Of a stretch of DNA of 64,000 nt, positions 59,435-64,000 are shown in pieces. The position numbers were made by a program, and so were the translations under genes. This DNA comes from Promethearchaeota archaeon. Its GTDB lineage: Archaea; Asgardarchaeota; Lokiarchaeia; Sigyniarchaeales; SOKP01. The DNA lies in the NCBI GenBank assembly GCA_019057795.1, contig JAHLWS010000069.1, forward strand, positions 46,835 to 110,834. The letters run 5' to 3'. The notes under the pieces are model-generated. The model was not told the origin of the DNA, did no database searches, and saw nothing but the letters and a program-made list of their open reading frames with translations. The first letter of the stretch is position 1; the number at the start of each line of letters is the position of its first letter.

Positions 59435-60631
59435 ATGGACATTGATTACGATTTTATTACGGCAGAGTTTCTAAACATATTATTTTTCCAGCAGAAAAAC
59501 CTGGTGATATTTCCCTACGTCGATTTGAAACACCTTCGGGCTCTCCAAATTTTTGCGGTCGGGCACGACGTAGTAGACATCGATTCCACGGCTATACACA
59601 ACCTAAACGAGATAATCGAGTTCGAAGCCAGTAGCTATTCGCAACAACCTGCTTTTTACTTCGTCTTAAACCCAAAGACAGAAGAAATCGAGAAATTAAT
59701 CAACTCTCCTAGAGTGCGTTGCGTAGTAAATACCCGCGAAATCGTTGAAAGTTTGGCCAACGGTACCAGATTCGTTTTTTACAACAAAAAGAGCAAAACT
59801 TTCGTAAATTACGAGCCCGAAGAACAAAATTTGTCTTTTGAAAAGCACTTAATTCGCACCTACCCTGACAAGCAACTATTACTAGACGAGATGATAAAGA
59901 TAAAGAGTTTAGCGACTAAGATATATCTCCAGCTTAACGAAAGTAGCAACACCGATAACCTCCCAAAACTCCTTCGGGATTACGATCAAATCTATTGGGA
60001 CAAGATTTTAAATTTTACCCGGTTATATTACGATATCGAGATTCCAAACTTCGATAGGCCGAAACCACTTCCGAGAGAAAACGATACTTCCGAACCAGAA
60101 GAAGAAAAAGACTTTTCAAACGAATACAAAATTATAATGAAAGCCAACCGAAAGATCGGGCAGAAATTTATCCAATTGATTCACAATTACAGGTTCGAAA
60201 AAGTAAACCCCGCCAATTTAGAAGTAGAACAGCTCTTCTACCCCCGGGATTTGTACAATTACTTGCGAAATCGCCATTGGGAAAAAGGAATTCCCAAAGA
60301 ATTCGTATCTAAGTGGATTCAAGCAACAACCGCCGATTTCCCTTTTACAGAAGACGACCACGTGGAGTTTCAGATGGTCCTAAACGAGCTCAATTTACCT
60401 TACCCAATCCCAGAGTTTGACGCAGAGCGGGAGAGCGAACCCGTTAATGTAAGCTCTTCAACCCAGATCGTTCGAGAAGAAAAAGATCCTAAGACAGTTC
60501 CCTCCTCCCCCGTTAAAAAAATTAAGCAAGTTAAGCAAGTAAGATCGGATTTGATACCCTCAACAGAAAATTTTCGAGAGTTTAGGCTATGGACCTTAAA
60601 AAAATTAGACGAGTTAGAAAATATGTTTTAA
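59435..60631 (+). CDS. hypothetical protein
   Basis: 398-aa ORF with AGGTGA upstream; no recognised motif. Confidence 0.75.
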   Translation: MDIDYDFITAEFLNILFFQQKNLVIFPYVDLKHLRALQIFAVGHDVVDIDSTAIHNLNEIIEFEASSYSQQPAFYFVLNPKTEEIEKLINSPRVRCVVNTREIVESLANGTRFVFYNKKSKTFVNYEPEEQNLSFEKHLIRTYPDKQLLLDEMIKIKSLATKIYLQLNESSNTDNLPKLLRDYDQIYWDKILNFTRLYYDIEIPNFDRPKPLPRENDTSEPEEEKDFSNEYKIIMKANRKIGQKFIQLIHNYRFEKVNPANLEVEQLFYPRDLYNYLRNRHWEKGIPKEFVSKWIQATTADFPFTEDDHVEFQMVLNELNLPYPIPEFDAERESEPVNVSSSTQIVREEKDPKTVPSSPVKKIKQVKQVRSDLIPSTENFREFRLWTLKKLDELENMF

Positions 60632-60739
60632 GTAAAATATAAAGAGAAAAAAAAAAAATGAGTATGTCAAGTCACTACTTTTCTGATTTCCTTGAAAAAA
60701 TAATAAAATATATAGTAACCAAACTAAAAGTCGCGAAAC

Positions 60740-61633
60740 GTGAAAAGTGAAATGAGTTCGATAGAAACTGCTGAAAAGTTATACGAAGAAGGAGAGTATT
60801 TAGGCTCTTTGGAGTTGGTGCTTAAAATACTCGAAAAAGAACCCGATAACTTGAAGGCGTTAGAAATGAAGGCGAGTTTGTGCTGCATTAAGAACAGATT
60901 GCCCGAAGCTATACGCGCTTACAAAAAGTTGCTTAGGTTTTACGGGAGCGACGAGAAGGTTTGGGCGCAATTGTTTATATTGGACTCTATTAGCTTCAAC
61001 TATCGGCTTTTAAAAGATCTCGATAAAGCTATTATTTATTGCGAGGAATCCGTTAAGCTGTGCGAGCGTTTTTTAAAGATCGATGGCTCTCACAGAGAGC
61101 ACTTTGGAGAGAAACTAGCTGAATTGTTTTGGACTTTAGGGGAATGTCAGTATAGGACTGGGAAATATTTTTTCGCAGTAGACACTTACAAGAAATTTCT
61201 AAAGTTACTCTCCGAATTTGGGCCCTTGGAAGCCATTGCCAACGTTCTATACGAGCTCGCTTGCGTCTATCACAAGCTGAACCGCACGACCGAGGCGCTA
61301 AGCAAATATTCTCAAGCTCTAAGGATTTACGATGCTTTGGGGGAATCGGCTCACTTGTTTAATTGTCGGTCTAAAATCCATTATTCCATCTGTACCATTC
61401 GTTTTGGCACTCGCAATTACGAGGGAGCTCTTTTTAACGCGGAAAAGTGCCTACTCTTTTTAGAGATAGCCTACGAAAAGATTAACGACCCCGGGGACCT
61501 TGGAGACATAAGAGACAATTCCATTTACAAAAAAGCGAAAAGGTTGCAAAATTCCCTAAAAAAAACAAGTTTCTATGGAATAGACACAGGTAAGAAGAAA
61601 GTTAGAAATAGTAAAAAACGAAGTTATTTCTAA
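60740..61633 (+). CDS. tetratricopeptide repeat protein
   Basis: Repeated TPR patterns (LG..Y...G.Y..A...Y; LA.VY......EAL..Y.QAL). Confidence 0.85.
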   Translation: MKSEMSSIETAEKLYEEGEYLGSLELVLKILEKEPDNLKALEMKASLCCIKNRLPEAIRAYKKLLRFYGSDEKVWAQLFILDSISFNYRLLKDLDKAIIYCEESVKLCERFLKIDGSHREHFGEKLAELFWTLGECQYRTGKYFFAVDTYKKFLKLLSEFGPLEAIANVLYELACVYHKLNRTTEALSKYSQALRIYDALGESAHLFNCRSKIHYSICTIRFGTRNYEGALFNAEKCLLFLEIAYEKINDPGDLGDIRDNSIYKKAKRLQNSLKKTSFYGIDTGKKKVRNSKKRSYF

Positions 61634-61689
61634 AACATTTAGATAAAATTGTTAAAATTAAAAAGGCAATTAAAACTACTATTCTCGTT

Positions 61690-63117
61690 TTGAATCAAAA
61701 ATATGTACGCGATCCCTTGATCAAGAACATTTTAGACGATCTCGAATCGCGATTTTCGGGTCACATCGTCAGCGTGTTCGGTATTGGAAGCTATTTCGAC
61801 GAGAGGCTCCCCCCCAATTGGATCAAGAACGATGTAGATTTGGTCGTCATCGTTGACTCTTTAGAGCACATCCCAAAACAAGATTGGACCGAAGTGAGGT
61901 ACGAAAAAAAGAAAATAGGGGGTAAAGAAATTTGGGTAGGGTTTAACAGCCTACAAGGAGTTAAAGACCGTGAGCAATTTCGAAAGGAATCTTTTGCCAA
62001 CTTTGAGTGGAACTTGCTCGACCTAAGACTCCCGAGCAATTCAGCTCTGCTTTACGGTCGAAACATTCGAAACGAATTACCAAAAATAAACGCTATCAAA
62101 TTTGATTACGATGACATCCTTGCCCGCAGCTTATACCACCTCAACAAAAGTTTTAAGGAGAGAATAACGCCGAAAACTATGCGGGAATTTACGAAGGGGG
62201 TTTTTAAGTTCGGCTTTTACCTGTGTATTTACCTCGATCCACAATTTCGGTTTACTTCCATAGTTAAAATCGCCGAAAAGATAAGACAACTAGTTTCAAA
62301 CAATAAGATAGATAGTATTATCAATTCTTACCTCGAGGAAGCCGTGATCTATCGAACGATCTCCCAATTTAAGAGCGAGTTTAAGTCTTTAAGGGACGAT
62401 TTCGTTAAGCTCGCGTTCTCTTTGTTAGCAAGCGATTCAATACACCAGAGATTGAACAAAACCGAACTAATCGAGTTATTAAGCGAGAGTTTTAGCGGGT
62501 TAGGGTATTTAGTCCGTTTCGCTAGAAAATTGGATGTTCTGGAACCATCTAAAATAGTAGAAGATGAAGATTTTGGTTTCGTACTTGATGATTCTCAATT
62601 AAGAGTCATCGATATCAAGCCTAACATGAAATCCATTACTATTTATGGGAGAATTAAAGAAATATACGGCAAGTTTAAGTTTGAAAGAGCCGACGGGAAC
62701 AAAGGGCAAGGGGCTTCCTTTTTGCTCCACGATCCTACCGGAAATATTAGAGTGGTTTTATGGGACCAACATTCGAAAGTTTTTGCGAGAAACGAATTTA
62801 ATGTGGACGAGCTAGTAAAAATTTTAAACGGATTCGCGAGGAAGGGCAGAGCGGGAACCGAAATTCACGTTGGGAAGTATGGGAGTATAATTTTAGCACC
62901 TAACGGAGTTGACCTTGCCAAGCACCCAGAATTAAAAGACAGTAAAACGAAAGTGAAATACTCTACTAGATATAAGGAGGTTATAGCTCGAAGAATACTA
63001 TCGATAGGTGTGAAAAACGCCAAAGTAAGCAAATTAATCTGCCCCTTTTGCGGTTCAATGTGCTCGAGTCAACTGAAGTTTTGCGGAACTTGTGGTGAAC
63101 CCTTACCAAAGTCCTAA
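61690..63117 (+). CDS. Pol-beta-type nucleotidyltransferase fused to a helical domain, RPA-like OB fold and zinc ribbon
   Basis: VFGIGSY...NDVDLVVIV (GS/DxD); OB fold F.R.DG.KG.GASFLLHDPTGNIRVVLWD...EIHVG; CPFCG...FCGTCG. Confidence 0.8.
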   Translation: MNQKYVRDPLIKNILDDLESRFSGHIVSVFGIGSYFDERLPPNWIKNDVDLVVIVDSLEHIPKQDWTEVRYEKKKIGGKEIWVGFNSLQGVKDREQFRKESFANFEWNLLDLRLPSNSALLYGRNIRNELPKINAIKFDYDDILARSLYHLNKSFKERITPKTMREFTKGVFKFGFYLCIYLDPQFRFTSIVKIAEKIRQLVSNNKIDSIINSYLEEAVIYRTISQFKSEFKSLRDDFVKLAFSLLASDSIHQRLNKTELIELLSESFSGLGYLVRFARKLDVLEPSKIVEDEDFGFVLDDSQLRVIDIKPNMKSITIYGRIKEIYGKFKFERADGNKGQGASFLLHDPTGNIRVVLWDQHSKVFARNEFNVDELVKILNGFARKGRAGTEIHVGKYGSIILAPNGVDLAKHPELKDSKTKVKYSTRYKEVIARRILSIGVKNAKVSKLICPFCGSMCSSQLKFCGTCGEPLPKS

Positions 63118-63213
63118 TAAAAAATAGATTTTTGAGATTTGATATTTCAACATTATTATTTAAATGAAGAAATTAAATTAGAATTGTATACAATAAAAAC
63201 AAAAGGCGAGAAT

Positions 63214-63843
63214 ATGAATTTTAAAAACAAACATGGATTAGTATTGTATGCTTCAATAATACTGATCTCTTTAGGCTGTTTGTTCCCTTTATTGACTGTA
63301 GCAGAAGAGGAAACATATAATCTAAATGCGAGAACATATATATATTATACTCATGAAATGGGAGAGGTTGATAGCTACGAGTGGAGTTTTTCGACTTCTC
63401 CATCTATAGTGATTTTGGTTTTAGCGTTAGATAGTTCAGAATACGACGCTTTTTATAATTACTTTCTTTCTGAATACACGGCAATATTAAATAAGGGGGC
63501 AGATCAAGATTCTTCTGGTGAGGGAACATGGCAACCACCATATCAGGATACGTGGTATATACTTTATATTAATACTGATTTTGAGGATTCTACATCCATT
63601 ACAATTGAGGAAGGTGTACAACAAGGTTATTACTTCTGGGAGATATATGGCCTTATTATAATAGTCGGGAGTTTAGGAGGGGTCATTGGTAGTGCTGTAT
63701 TAATTGCAGTAGTTTTCCATTATAAGAAGAAACAAGGAATTAAACATTGTACAATCTGTGGAAGTAAACTTAAAGGAGATTTCTGTAGTAAATGTGGAAC
63801 TAAAAAATTTAAAGATCAACCCCAAGAACAGATAGAAACATAA
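63214..63843 (+). CDS. single-pass membrane protein: signal peptide, beta-rich (GOLD-like) ectodomain, TM helix, cytoplasmic zinc ribbon
   Basis: N-terminal hydrophobic signal, GTWQPPYQDTWYILYIN, TM helix, CTICG...FCSKCG. ORF-track start is 63139. Confidence 0.7.
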   Translation: MNFKNKHGLVLYASIILISLGCLFPLLTVAEEETYNLNARTYIYYTHEMGEVDSYEWSFSTSPSIVILVLALDSSEYDAFYNYFLSEYTAILNKGADQDSSGEGTWQPPYQDTWYILYINTDFEDSTSITIEEGVQQGYYFWEIYGLIIIVGSLGGVIGSAVLIAVVFHYKKKQGIKHCTICGSKLKGDFCSKCGTKKFKDQPQEQIET

Positions 63844-63859
63844 CCTAAATGTGTCCATC

Positions 63860-63877
63860 TTTTTTTTTTTATTTTTT
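63860..63877 (+). terminator. oligo-T archaeal terminator candidate
   Basis: T11-A-T6 run 17 bp after the stop codon, facing a possible convergent gene. Confidence 0.4.
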
Positions 63878-63944
63878 AACGTTTGAGAGTAAACAATTTA
63901 AGATCCACGCCTAACTACAAACAATTAAAAATTTCTGATCGTAA

Positions 63945-64000
63945 TTAAGATATAATTCTCAGTTCCCTTTTAGTAGCGAAGGTCGAGGCACCCATTCCAT
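63945..64000 (-). CDS. possible C-terminus of a gene entering from the window edge
   Basis: One minus-strand frame reads ...GMGASTFATKRELRIIS*; too short to identify. Confidence 0.3.
   Translation of the reverse strand, partial: GMGASTFATKRELRIIS

Noticed and set aside
3398-63403. Numerous 60-180 aa ORFs antisense to or overlapping identified genes (e.g. 6284..6670, 11432..11743, 23799..24188, 29814..30344, 50963..51289, 53191..53700, 55015..55350)
   Set aside because: Shadow frames of well-supported genes, with no motifs of their own.
1-64000. CRISPR array, tRNA/rRNA genes, transposases/integrases, selenoproteins
   Set aside because: No regularly spaced repeats, no GC-rich cloverleaf or rRNA-like tract, no DDE or tyrosine-recombinase motifs, and no gene interrupted by an in-frame TGA at a Cys position was noticed.

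Overview
AT-rich archaeal chromosomal window, most consistent with an Asgard (Lokiarchaeia-like) genome. Evidence for this: RadA, tRNA-splicing endonuclease, archaeal CdhA, A/V-type ATPase, a longin-like/small GTPase fusion, a V4R protein and a Roadblock/MglB-MglA pair. Main content: (i) a 2-hydroxyacyl-CoA dehydratase locus (activator, beta subunit, two alpha paralogs and a gene remnant), interrupted by an oppositely oriented four-gene cassette (ATP-grasp ligase, PLP racemase, single-chain B12 glutamate-mutase-like protein, opine dehydrogenase) that is the best candidate for an undescribed pathway; (ii) an A/V-ATPase operon in the order K-C-H-F-E-A-B-D-I, followed by a second A subunit whose catalytic motif is altered (GERGNE to GEPGNE); (iii) glucan and sugar-nucleotide genes, including a degenerate phosphomannomutase-like protein; (iv) an accessory-looking right end with an orphan C5 DNA methyltransferase, a ~195-bp palindrome, MglBA and a nucleotidyltransferase-OB-fold fusion. 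Several genes appear to begin at near-cognate codons (ACG, ATT/GTA). No rRNA, tRNA, CRISPR array or transposase was recognised. All family calls come from motif recognition by eye, not from database searches.
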